Shown here in pieces: positions 27,820 through 37,106 of a stretch of DNA of 64,000 nt (the first letter of the stretch is position 1; each line of letters begins with the position of its first letter). This DNA is from an uncultured Coriobacteriales bacterium (GTDB lineage Bacteria > Actinomycetota > Coriobacteriia > Coriobacteriales > UMGS124). The DNA is taken from contig CAKUAI010000014.1 in assembly GCA_934636245.1 (NCBI GenBank), positions 31,258 through 95,257 of the forward strand, in the 5' to 3' direction. Below the pieces are notes generated by a model. It had not been told where the DNA came from. It made no database searches and saw nothing but the letters and a program-made list of their open reading frames with translations. The position numbers and the translations under genes are program-made.

Positions 27820-28007
27820 GTCGGTCCCCCTGTCTCATTGCCATGTCCAGCCGCACAAAAGCGGTCGCGCCAGAGTCTCGGATGCAGCATACCCACTGCG
27901 GGCACAACCGCTTCGTAAAATTCGGGTATCGGCATGAAGCACGACGGCACATGAAACAGCGGGTGGAAATCAATGCCCAAAACGAGCGGTGCCCCCATGT
28001 CAAAAGT

Positions 28008-28069
28008 CCCACCAAACAACAAACCCCCGTCTCTCGAAGCATGAGCGCATGCAACTCGAGAGACGGGGG
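28008..28069 (-). terminator. Hairpin CCCCCGTCTCTCGA-N18-TCGAGAGACGGGGG with a T-rich tail on the minus strand
   Basis: A 14-bp perfect stem at 28024..28069. On the minus strand it is followed by TTTGTTGTTTGG. It lies 67 nt downstream of the stop at 28136. Confidence 0.7.
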
Positions 28070-28135
28070 CAACCAAGCGAGTAAATCTATGTAACAAGCA
28101 AACTACCAGGCAAAAGACTATAAGTTGCCAGGCTT

Positions 28136-30193
28136 TTACGCAGTGGCGAGAGCGATGTTCACGGCGTCGAAGATGGCCTTGGAGGTGACAGTGGCGCCGG
28201 AGACGCCGTCGACACCCTCGGTACCGTTGGCGGCCACGATGGCGGCAGGCAGCTGCTCGATGGCCTTGGAGCCGATGCCCTGAGTCTCGGAGTTCTCGCC
28301 GACCTCGACGGCAGTAATCTTGCCGCCTTCAACGGTCACCGTGACGGGCACGTTGCCGCCAATGCCCTTGCCAGCGCCCTCGTAGGTGCCGTCGGCAACG
28401 GTCGAGACATCGGTCTTAGTCGCAGCGGCCTCAGCCTGAGCGGCGGCCTCGGGGTCGACGTAGTTCACATCGCCCTTGGTGACGTTGGACAGGTCGTAGC
28501 CGGCGAGCTCGGCAACGTGACGGGCAACGTGGCGACCAAACGTCACAGTGCGGCCGCAGGCGCAGGCCACGATGTACTCGGGATAGTTGTTGGCAAAGAG
28601 GCTGCCCGAGCAGTCGCCAGCGGCGTACAGACCGTCGATGACCTGGTCGTTCACGTCGAGGACCTGCATCTCCTCGTTGATGCGCAGGCCGTCGGTCGTC
28701 GTCAGGAAGCTGCCACCATACCAAGCACCGAAGAACGGCGGGGTGCGCAGCTCGGAGAGACGGTAGGCCTCCTTGCCGAACTCGTCATCTTCCTGGGCGT
28801 CGAACATCTCGTTGTAGTGGTCGCACGTGGCCAGGAAGGTCTCCTTGACCTCGCCTTCAAAGCCTAGTTTGTCGGCAAGCTCGTCGAGGGTATCGGCCAT
28901 GAAGATGGTGCCCTCCTCGATCTTGTCGGCGAAGAACTCCTCGAGCGTGATGTCGGGCTTGGCGGCCAGCTGCTGCTGAATCTGACGCGAGCAGCCGATG
29001 GTGTTGAAGCGCTTGATGTCCTCGCGGGCGTTGTTGTCGAACACCTGGCAGAAGACACCGCCCGGCTTCTCGGCAACGGTGTTGAGGTCGAAGTCGTACG
29101 GCGTGGACTCGTTGCCGTAGCGGCGGCCGTCGCGGGCAACCTTGAGGAAGGGCTGGGAACCGATGTTGTACTGCTTGCCCTGGCCAGCAAATGCACCCGT
29201 GCCATCGGTGGACACGTAACCGGCATCCTCGCCAGGCTTCACGAGGCCGCGGTTGAAGAGCATGGGCGCGGGGTCCTCGTCTTTCTGGGCACCGAGCCAC
29301 ATAGCAGCCTTGATGCCGTCACCCGTGTCGTTGGTGTTGTAGTACACAAGCGTGACGACGCGGTCGATGATAGGAGCAAGAGACTTGCACATGGCGGGGT
29401 TGGCGGGATAGCCGCCCGTAGCCAGAAGCACGCCAGCGCTGGCGTTGATGCGCACGTAGCCGTCGGCAGTCTGGAAGATACCGCCCGTCACGCGGCCAGC
29501 CTCGTCCTGCTCGAGCTTGACGAGGGACGTCTCGTAGCTCACGTTGTAACCGAGCGAGTTGATGTAGCGCTCGAAAATCTCGTTACGAACGAGACGGTTG
29601 CCCTCGGCGTCCTTGCCGGAATAGTAGTGCTCGGTGTAGGGGATGTAGTAGCAGGTGCCGCCCGTGGGGTCCTGGTTGTCGGCATCGAGGGCACAAGTCA
29701 TACCGGCCTCGACCAGCAGCTCGTCGAGCCAGTCGATCATGCTGGCACTCTCGTCAATCCAGACCTTCCAAACGCGGGGGTCGCACTTGCCGGAAGCATA
29801 GCGAACGAGCTCGTTGAGAAGCTTGCCCTTGTCGTCGGAAACGCCGGCGGCCTCGCAGTACTTGGAGTTGACGGCGCCGAGCCAGTGACGCGTGTCGCCC
29901 ACAATGGAGCCCTTCTCGGCAACGATGAAGTCCATGCCGAGCTCGGCAGCAGAAGCAGCGGCGGCCATACCGGCGTTGCCGGCACCTACGATGAGCAGTT
30001 CGCACTCGCGGGTCTCGACAATATCGGACTCAGCGATCTCGGGAGCGGTGCCGAGCCAGTCCTCGGAGCTGCGCTCGGGAGCCTTTGCCTGGGCCTGCTG
30101 GGGAGCAGCGGCAAGAGTAAGGCTGTTTGCGGCGGCAACGGCTGCAGATGCGGCGGCACCAGCGGTGAGAAGCGAACGGCGGGTCATTTCCAT
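28136..30193 (-). CDS. Tat-exported FAD-dependent oxidoreductase with a C-terminal FMN_bind (covalent flavinylation) domain, a urocanate-reductase-like architecture
   Basis: The N-terminus is MEMTRRSLLTAGAAASAAVAAA. The dinucleotide fold is ELLIVGAGNAGMAAA. The C-terminal ~90 aa (GKGIGGNVPVTVTVEGGKITAVEV...GVDGVSGATVTSKAI) carry the SGAT flavinylation motif. AAAGGAG RBS. Confidence 0.85.
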   Translation of the reverse strand: MEMTRRSLLTAGAAASAAVAAANSLTLAAAPQQAQAKAPERSSEDWLGTAPEIAESDIVETRECELLIVGAGNAGMAAAASAAELGMDFIVAEKGSIVGDTRHWLGAVNSKYCEAAGVSDDKGKLLNELVRYASGKCDPRVWKVWIDESASMIDWLDELLVEAGMTCALDADNQDPTGGTCYYIPYTEHYYSGKDAEGNRLVRNEIFERYINSLGYNVSYETSLVKLEQDEAGRVTGGIFQTADGYVRINASAGVLLATGGYPANPAMCKSLAPIIDRVVTLVYYNTNDTGDGIKAAMWLGAQKDEDPAPMLFNRGLVKPGEDAGYVSTDGTGAFAGQGKQYNIGSQPFLKVARDGRRYGNESTPYDFDLNTVAEKPGGVFCQVFDNNAREDIKRFNTIGCSRQIQQQLAAKPDITLEEFFADKIEEGTIFMADTLDELADKLGFEGEVKETFLATCDHYNEMFDAQEDDEFGKEAYRLSELRTPPFFGAWYGGSFLTTTDGLRINEEMQVLDVNDQVIDGLYAAGDCSGSLFANNYPEYIVACACGRTVTFGRHVARHVAELAGYDLSNVTKGDVNYVDPEAAAQAEAAATKTDVSTVADGTYEGAGKGIGGNVPVTVTVEGGKITAVEVGENSETQGIGSKAIEQLPAAIVAANGTEGVDGVSGATVTSKAIFDAVNIALATA

Positions 30194-30616
30194 GGGTAGT
30201 ACTCCTTTGCTCGATACGTGCCTGGGTTACGTGACAGTACTTGCAACGCTTGGACGACGAACTCTGTCAATGGGTGTGGGGCGTAACGCCCCGCGTGCCC
30301 CTTGGACAACGCACACTTTGCTCCAGAATCGCCTAAAGCACCTCGCACCAGCAGGTCGAACTTATCTACCAGGTCTTTTGTTGTTTCTCAGCCTCGATTT
30401 TTCACGCCTCATACCGTCCTCACCCTCGTGGGTCGATTTTGCGCGACCTGGCATTTTGTTGATTCAGGCTGTCAAGCGCTGATACACTGACTGGTGCGCA
30501 TCAAAGAAAGGCAGGCATTCGGGCCTGGGGCAACTTCCGACGTCAAGGCCGGAAGTAGTTCGCGACCAGCTTGAGTGGCGCGCATTCAAGCATGGGGGAA
30601 CCAAGGAAGGCACGCA

Positions 30617-32080
30617 ATGAGCGAGACGACATCGCAGGGCTGCTCGCCCGACAAAACTAGCGCCCGTGCGTCTCGCACGGCCTGGCTTGCCGCAGCATGC
30701 GCCGTCGGCGTCTATCAGCTCAGCATCACGCTTCTCAACATGTCGGTCTTTCCGCTCTTCAAGCCCGTGTTCTTGGAAGCCCGCGACGTGGGCACGCTAT
30801 CCGCAGCCGCCTTGGCGCTTGCACTGTACGCAATTTTGAGCAAGCATCCCCAATTCTGCCGACCGCGCACCTGGATGGGCATTGCAGCGGGCTGCTACCT
30901 TATCGGTGCGCCATCAATACTTTTGGGAATCTGGCTCACAAATCCCGTGTTGCTCACCGTTGGCATGCTGTTACGCTCAGTAGCCTCAACCTGGTTCGGC
31001 ACTACCATTCTCCTTCAGCTTACAAGCCTCGCCATAGGGCAGGGCGTGCGCAGCACTTTCGCGGCCCTATGTACCGGCTGGGCTTTGAGTTATGCGCTCG
31101 AGCTCCTGGTGACAGCCCTTCCCCTCACGGTGCACTTGGCGGTTTTTTTCGCGGCGGGCTTTATCATCATGATGCTCACGTATCGACCCTCTTCCATGCT
31201 TGTGAGCGACATGGCGCAGGCCGCCCCTATCGCAGAACTACGCGTCACGAACCCGCGCTCGTTCTTGCCGGTCGGCAATGCCCTCTTCGTGACGCTCATC
31301 CTGCTCAAGGCCTCTTTCGGCTTTGCCATGACGTTCTCAAGCGTCAACGCCACGCCTCAAACCACCATACTGGCATGTATTCCGGCCCTACTCATTGCCT
31401 GCGCCCTACTCGCATGCAATCGCGTGGGGCTCGACGCGCTCTACAAAGCCGCAATGCTGTGCGTGTTGGCGGGCTTTTTGCTGGTAAATCCCCTGATTGA
31501 CTCACTGATGGGCCTGCCGGCAATGTCAAACGTGATGCTGCGCGCAGGATCGGACCTCACGCGTATGCTCGTCTTTATGATTGTCGCGAACTTGGGCGCG
31601 CGCAACCCCATGGCCGCGACGGGCGTCGCCCTCTTTGTGGGCGGTGCCAACTCCTTGGGTAGCGTTGCCGGAGCCCAGCTCGGCCTGCTCGCCAACGACG
31701 CGCTCGCACGTGATCCCGCGCTCTTTGCGCTGCTTCTTGCCGTAATCGTGTTCGCTTTCGTCGCCTTTAACGTGCTTGCACCCGACGTCTTCAACTTCGA
31801 CAAGACCGTACGCGAAGTGGAGGCAGTGCGCCCCGTGAAGCAAATCGAGCAGGTAGACGCCCTTGCTCAAGCGTGCAAGACGGCGGCTGCCGTATACGCG
31901 TTAACCCCGCGCGAGGCTGAGGCGCTCGAACTTCTCGCCCACGGGCGCAACACGGCCGCCATCCAGGAACGCATGGTCGTATCGCGCTCCACCGCCAAGA
32001 CGCACGTGCGCAACGTCTACGCCAAGCTCGACGTGCATTCTCAACAAGACTTGATTAACCTGGTAGAAGGGTTGAAATAA
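30617..32080 (+). CDS. Membrane-embedded LuxR/GerE-family regulator
   Basis: The ORF spans 30575..32080; the ATG at 30617 follows AAGGAAGG. Polytopic N-terminal domain. The C-terminus reads LTPREAEALELLAHGRNTAAIQERMVVSRSTAKTHVRNVYAKLDVHSQQDL. Confidence 0.82.
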   Translation: MSETTSQGCSPDKTSARASRTAWLAAACAVGVYQLSITLLNMSVFPLFKPVFLEARDVGTLSAAALALALYAILSKHPQFCRPRTWMGIAAGCYLIGAPSILLGIWLTNPVLLTVGMLLRSVASTWFGTTILLQLTSLAIGQGVRSTFAALCTGWALSYALELLVTALPLTVHLAVFFAAGFIIMMLTYRPSSMLVSDMAQAAPIAELRVTNPRSFLPVGNALFVTLILLKASFGFAMTFSSVNATPQTTILACIPALLIACALLACNRVGLDALYKAAMLCVLAGFLLVNPLIDSLMGLPAMSNVMLRAGSDLTRMLVFMIVANLGARNPMAATGVALFVGGANSLGSVAGAQLGLLANDALARDPALFALLLAVIVFAFVAFNVLAPDVFNFDKTVREVEAVRPVKQIEQVDALAQACKTAAAVYALTPREAEALELLAHGRNTAAIQERMVVSRSTAKTHVRNVYAKLDVHSQQDLINLVEGLK

Positions 32081-32082
32081 CC

Positions 32083-32805
32083 GTGAGGAACCTGAACAAC
32101 GTCAACCTGTGGCTCGACGGCGCCCCGCAGGAGGTGCGCGCAGCTTGCGAGCGCCTCATGGGCGAGGTCGCGGCGATGCGCGGCACGCAGACCATCTACC
32201 CGGCGCAAGACGACATCCTCAACGCCCTGGCCTACACGGCGCCCGGCGATGTGCGCGCCGTCATTCTCGGACAAGATCCCTACCACGAGCCCGGACAGGC
32301 CATGGGGCTTTCGTTCTCCGTGCCGCGGGGACAGAAGCTCCCGCCGAGCCTGCGCAACATATATAAGGAGATGGCCGCCGACCTGGGATGCGAGGCACCA
32401 AAATCCGGCGACCTTACCAGGTGGGCTGAACAGGGCGTTTTGCTGCTCAACACGACACTCACCGTGACGGAGCACGCCGCCAACTCCCACAGCAAGCTTG
32501 GCTGGCAGGTGTTGACGCACTACCTGATTGAGAAGTGCTTCACGCTGCCGCAGCCCGTGGTGTTCCTGGCCTGGGGCCGCTTCGCCGTGGGTTTGGTGGA
32601 AGAGGCGCGCTCACATGCTGGCGTCGCAGGAGCGGCAACGCTTGCCAACAAGTTCGTTCTGGCCTCCACGCACCCCTCGCCGCTTTCTGCGAGCAGGTCG
32701 AGCGCCGGGCTGCCGGCGTTTCTCGGATCGCGCCCGTTCTCGCAGGCAAACGAGCTGCTGGAAGGCGCGGGAGCGCAGGCAATCGAGTGGGAGCGTGCGG
32801 GTTAG
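32083..32805 (+). CDS. ung: Uracil-DNA glycosylase (family 1)
   Basis: Motifs: VILGQDPYHEPGQAMGLSFSV, LLLNTTLTV, HPSPLSA. A GTG start lies 2 nt after the LuxR stop. Confidence 0.9.
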   Translation: MRNLNNVNLWLDGAPQEVRAACERLMGEVAAMRGTQTIYPAQDDILNALAYTAPGDVRAVILGQDPYHEPGQAMGLSFSVPRGQKLPPSLRNIYKEMAADLGCEAPKSGDLTRWAEQGVLLLNTTLTVTEHAANSHSKLGWQVLTHYLIEKCFTLPQPVVFLAWGRFAVGLVEEARSHAGVAGAATLANKFVLASTHPSPLSASRSSAGLPAFLGSRPFSQANELLEGAGAQAIEWERAG

Positions 32806-32917
32806 CAAGCGCGTGCGATGCAGCCCAGGCCCTCAGCCGCGCTTGAACGCACGCGTGCACGGGCCGCAGGCATGGCAAGGCAAAGGCGCTTGGCCACCCC
32901 AGGCCCAAAACCGGCCC

Positions 32918-33637
32918 TCAGCTGCGCTTAAGCTGCGCGGGCACGATGCAGTCGTAGCGCACGGCCTTGCCCTCGATGGAATGGCTCGGCTTGATGCCGG
33001 CCAGATGTGGCGCCTTGGGTGGGCGCTTGACAACCACCTTGCGCGGGCACACGCTCAGCGCAGCCGCCATGAGCTCTTCCTCGTTTGCGCAGGGGCATTC
33101 GAGATGGTGCAGGAGCTGGAACTTCTTCTTCACGGCGGCCGACTTCTGCCGCGCGGGGAACATGGGGTCAAGGTACACGACATCCGGACGCCGCTCGTCA
33201 CCTTGCGCGATGCGCCCAAGCTCGGCCACGCTGTCTACCTGGCGAAGGTGCATGCGCGCAACGATGGATGCGAGGCGATCGTCTTGGGCGGCGCGGGAAA
33301 GGGCGTCCTCGAGCAGCGCCGCAATCACGGGATTTGCCTCGCAGAGCACGACATCGAAGCCGGCCGCAGCCAGCAGAAAGGAGTCCTCCCCTAGCCCGGC
33401 GGTCGCATCGAAGACACGCGCAGCAGGCTGCCCTTTTATCCGGGCGACCTTCACAAGCAACTCGCCCGACAACCTGTCGGGCCGGATGCGCGACAACATG
33501 GTGGCAAAATCGGCGCACAGCTCCATACCGTCCCCAGCTAGCACAAGGCCGCACTCTTCGCGGCACAGCTCGAGCCCCGCCGCCCGCGCCATCTCCTCTG
33601 CCTGGGTCATGCCCCCGCCCTCCATCCTACGAGCCAT
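32918..33637 (-). CDS. rsmJ: SAM-dependent methyltransferase, RsmJ-like (16S rRNA m2G methyltransferase family)
   Basis: The ORF spans 32918..33733. The start is uncertain (Met at 33637 or 33610). Motifs: VFDATAGLGEDSFLLAAAGFDVVLCE and VVYLDPMFP. Confidence 0.7.
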   Translation of the reverse strand: MARRMEGGGMTQAEEMARAAGLELCREECGLVLAGDGMELCADFATMLSRIRPDRLSGELLVKVARIKGQPAARVFDATAGLGEDSFLLAAAGFDVVLCEANPVIAALLEDALSRAAQDDRLASIVARMHLRQVDSVAELGRIAQGDERRPDVVYLDPMFPARQKSAAVKKKFQLLHHLECPCANEEELMAAALSVCPRKVVVKRPPKAPHLAGIKPSHSIEGKAVRYDCIVPAQLKRS

Positions 33638-33751
33638 CAAAAACCGCCCGCAGTAATGGTAGACCCCATGCGAGCACGTGCCTTCAGGCACCAATTGCCC
33701 GCGTATTGTACCCCATGGAGTGGGGCGCCGCACCGCTTGGCCCCTCGACCT

Positions 33752-34666
33752 TTAACACCCAGCAGTCTCCAAGCCCAGGGGCTCCACGCGCTCGGTGATC
33801 TTGGTAAAGTCGCCGCTTGCCTGGATGTATGTGTCCCAATCGGACGTGTTGACGCTGCGCACGCCGCCGAACTCCGTGACGGCACCGAGGCCAAACCCCA
33901 GGCACGCGAAGTCCTCACCCCTCTGCGGCAAGGCCCACACGGGGTCCTCGTCACCAGGGCGGGCAAAGCGCAGCGGGGCATACTCGCAAAAGCCGGCCTG
34001 CGTCAGAACCTCGCGCGCCTCCCCAAGTTGCGCGGCCTGCAGATCCTGCGATGCAGCGGCCACGCCCGGCCCACACCAGCGCTCGAGAATGAGATGCGCG
34101 GCTGGCATACGCGTAAACTGCACCACCGACCTGCGGAAAGCCCTGGTATCCGGCGCATCGAAGCCATACGCGAGCACCATGCCGAGCGATTTGTTGGCAT
34201 AGGCATGGAGGAAGTCATCCACCACATAGCCGAGATCCTGCAAGGCGTCGGCATGGTTGAGTCGGCAGAAGTCAGCGTTGTCGAGAGCGAGCAGCTCGAA
34301 ATCGAACCTTGTCACGCCAGCGCGGCGCAGATAGGGCATGCTGGCACCGCTGATGTTGCAGATGGACGCACGGCAACTCATGGGTGTGCCGGGTGCCACA
34401 TGCAGGGTCTCGCGCAGAGTCCGGCCCATGGCCCAGAGCTCCTCGGCCGGCGCGTTCGTTGCAATGCCGCCCCCCAGGTGCACGCCCACGACCTCGCAGT
34501 CGTCGAACTCGTCGACGTTTGCCGCGATCTCAGCACGCAAGGCCCGCAGGTACTCGGTTGCCCTTTGCGAATCCCAGCCTACGATATGCTCGCGCTCCGC
34601 TTGTCCACGGCGCTCCAACGCAAAAGGAAGAGCCAGCTCGACAATCGCCTGCTTCTTCTCGCCCAT
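33752..34666 (-). CDS. HemN/HemW-like protein lacking the radical-SAM CxxxCxxC motif
   Basis: 304 aa. It resembles the HemN core and C-terminal domain (VVGVHLGGGIATN, GVTRFDFELLALDN, a HemN_C-like tail). The position of PFCxxxCxYC reads LPFALERRGQAE, and an upstream in-frame stop precludes extension. Confidence 0.6.
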   Translation of the reverse strand: MGEKKQAIVELALPFALERRGQAEREHIVGWDSQRATEYLRALRAEIAANVDEFDDCEVVGVHLGGGIATNAPAEELWAMGRTLRETLHVAPGTPMSCRASICNISGASMPYLRRAGVTRFDFELLALDNADFCRLNHADALQDLGYVVDDFLHAYANKSLGMVLAYGFDAPDTRAFRRSVVQFTRMPAAHLILERWCGPGVAAASQDLQAAQLGEAREVLTQAGFCEYAPLRFARPGDEDPVWALPQRGEDFACLGFGLGAVTEFGGVRSVNTSDWDTYIQASGDFTKITERVEPLGLETAGC

Positions 34667-34827
34667 GTACCCTGCCCCATCTCACCCGAACGACCGCTTC
34701 ACCGACATTGTGACCCACTCGACCCGCCAAAACAAACGCCGCCGCCCGTCCCAACAAAGCGAACGGACGGCGGCGAGGACACGGCGAGGCACCCCGGAGG
34801 CACCCCGCCGCGCAATCGGCGTCTTAC

Positions 34828-36738
34828 TTAGAGGCCCAGGGCCTTTGCGACGCACTCACCGGCGACATAACCGCTCGTCAGAGCGCTTGCGCAGGAGTTG
34901 CCGGCCGTAGGCGTGCAGTACTGGATGCCGATGCGCTGGCCGCAGGTGTTGCCGGCGGCGTACAGGCCCTCGATGGGGCTCTTGTCGCCATGAAGCACCT
35001 GGTAGTTGCCATCGGTGCACACGGCGGCGTGCTGGCACAGGCCACCGGAGGGGTTGCCGCCCGTCGTGGTGAAGTTGAAGAAGAAGGGCGCGTCCTTGAT
35101 GGGCATGAGCAGCTGCGGATCGATGCCCCAGTCGGTGTCCTCGCCCGCCTCGCACATCTCGTTCCAGTGGGCGACCTCGGCCACGAAGTTCTCGGCAGCC
35201 TCGCCCTCGAGACCGGCGATCTCGGCGACCTCCTCGAGCGTGTCGGCGGCGTACATCGTGGTGTATTCCTTGCCGAAACGGGAGAACGCGCGCACGGGGA
35301 AGCCGTCGGCGCCCGTCACGTAGGCGTCCATGTTCTCCCTGACCTCGTCGCACATGTAGTCGGAGCTGCGGTCCATGGTCTCATGGCCATAGCCCTGGTG
35401 CGTGAGGTACTCCTCCCAGTTGGAGTCGGTGACCTGCACCATCAGGAAGCCAGCGGGCAGCATGTCGAGGTAGCCGTCGGAGCCGTGCTTGATGAGGCAC
35501 TCGTTGTAGAAGCGCTTGCCGTCGGCGCCGAAGCAAGGCCAGCAGCCGCCGAAAGCGAGGCCGGGCTTGCCGTTGATGCCTGCGGCCTGGCCGGCGCGGG
35601 GGCCGCCCTCCATGGTGCCGCCGGCCCACATGCACATCTTGATGCCGCTGCCGTCGCGACCCAGGCCACCGATGGAACCGGTGTCGGTGCGGTCCTTGCC
35701 GAAGGACCAGGCAAGGTTGCGCATCTGGTCGGAGAGATCCAGGCGCATGTCGGGGTTGCCGCCGAAGTCGCCGGCGCACACGATGACGGCCTTGGCATCA
35801 ATCTCGTGGTACACGCCGTCAACGTCGCGCAGCAGGGCGCCCGTCACGGCGTCGTCGGTCTTGACGAGCTCGATGGCCTGGTAGCCCCAACGGATCTGGC
35901 CGCCCTTGTCCTCGAGCGCGGTGTGCAGCGAGCGGATGACATAGGGCCACATGTTGACGTTGGAATCGGCGTCGCGCCACTGGGTCATGCCGATGAACGA
36001 CTTCTGGCCGCAGTGCTCGCCGTTGAAGTTGGCGTTGCCCTTGTAGTTGGACGTCTTGGCGTAGTTGTCGATGAGGTCCTGAGGGATGTAGGTGCACATC
36101 CAGTCGAGCATCTCACCGGAACGCGTGGCATAGTCGCGCACGAGCTTCTGATGGGCATGGCCGCGGTACTGGCGCATGTACTCGTTGAAGATGTCCATCG
36201 TGTCGATCTCGGGCGTACCCTTGTCGAGGAACAGCTTGGAGTTGTAGCAGGCCATGTCGCAGGCGTACTCGTCGTACTCGTCGTAGGTCTGGGTCTCGGC
36301 GAGGATGACATTGGCACCCATCTCCTGAGCACGCAGGGCGGCCACGGTACCGGCGTTACCAGCGCCGATGACGAGAACGTCGCACTCCTCGGCGTCGGCG
36401 ACGTCGGTGATCTCGGGAGCGGTGCCGAGCCATGCGGGCACGTTGAGCATGAAGTCGGCAGGCGTGATGCCCAGCTCGTCGACCATACCGCCGGCAGCCA
36501 GCACGCCGTCGCCCTTGGAGATGATGAACTCCTCGGGGGTGGTGGGGGCGACCTTGTCGGGGTTCTCGCCATGGTTGTAGGTGGAGAACTGGCTCATGAT
36601 GTCGTACGTGCCGGTGGCAGCGGGCGCCTCGTCGGCCTTGGCCACGTTGGCGGCCACCATGCCGGACAGGGAGGCGACGCCCATGGTGCCGGCGGCGGCA
36701 CCGGCGAGGAAGTCACGACGGGAGACGGTCTTGGACAT
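34828..36738 (-). CDS. Tat-exported FAD-dependent oxidoreductase (FAD_binding_2 family)
   Basis: The N-terminus is MSKTVSRRDFLAGAAAGTMGVASLSGMVAANVAKA. The dinucleotide fold is DVLVIGAGNAGTVAAL. The C-terminal signature is GLYAAGNTCG. AAAGGAA RBS. Confidence 0.85.
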   Translation of the reverse strand: MSKTVSRRDFLAGAAAGTMGVASLSGMVAANVAKADEAPAATGTYDIMSQFSTYNHGENPDKVAPTTPEEFIISKGDGVLAAGGMVDELGITPADFMLNVPAWLGTAPEITDVADAEECDVLVIGAGNAGTVAALRAQEMGANVILAETQTYDEYDEYACDMACYNSKLFLDKGTPEIDTMDIFNEYMRQYRGHAHQKLVRDYATRSGEMLDWMCTYIPQDLIDNYAKTSNYKGNANFNGEHCGQKSFIGMTQWRDADSNVNMWPYVIRSLHTALEDKGGQIRWGYQAIELVKTDDAVTGALLRDVDGVYHEIDAKAVIVCAGDFGGNPDMRLDLSDQMRNLAWSFGKDRTDTGSIGGLGRDGSGIKMCMWAGGTMEGGPRAGQAAGINGKPGLAFGGCWPCFGADGKRFYNECLIKHGSDGYLDMLPAGFLMVQVTDSNWEEYLTHQGYGHETMDRSSDYMCDEVRENMDAYVTGADGFPVRAFSRFGKEYTTMYAADTLEEVAEIAGLEGEAAENFVAEVAHWNEMCEAGEDTDWGIDPQLLMPIKDAPFFFNFTTTGGNPSGGLCQHAAVCTDGNYQVLHGDKSPIEGLYAAGNTCGQRIGIQYCTPTAGNSCASALTSGYVAGECVAKALGL

Positions 36739-37106
36739 AGCGCAATTCCTTTCTCAGGTGGATGCGTACACCGCTCGCCCCTTGGCGGGCGGACAATTTG
36801 AGACCCTAAGCCGCAAACGACAGGCGCGCATCACCGCCAACGATGATTGGACGTGCGGAAATTGGAATGCCATTCCGGGTGAAGGTCTCACCAATTGCGG
36901 TGATGACAGGGTTGAACTGGTGTCTTGTCCAATACGGAGATTCTCGGTTCGCCAGGATGGCAGCATGGGACGAGACCTGCACCAAGGATGAGACAGGTTG
37001 TACCTTCCGCATGAGAGCTCTTTGTCTGTCGGGCAGCAACTGGCAAAATGTGCGACAATGCTGTGAGAGGGATGACAAGGCAGCCGAACAATACAAGGGA
37101 AGGCAC

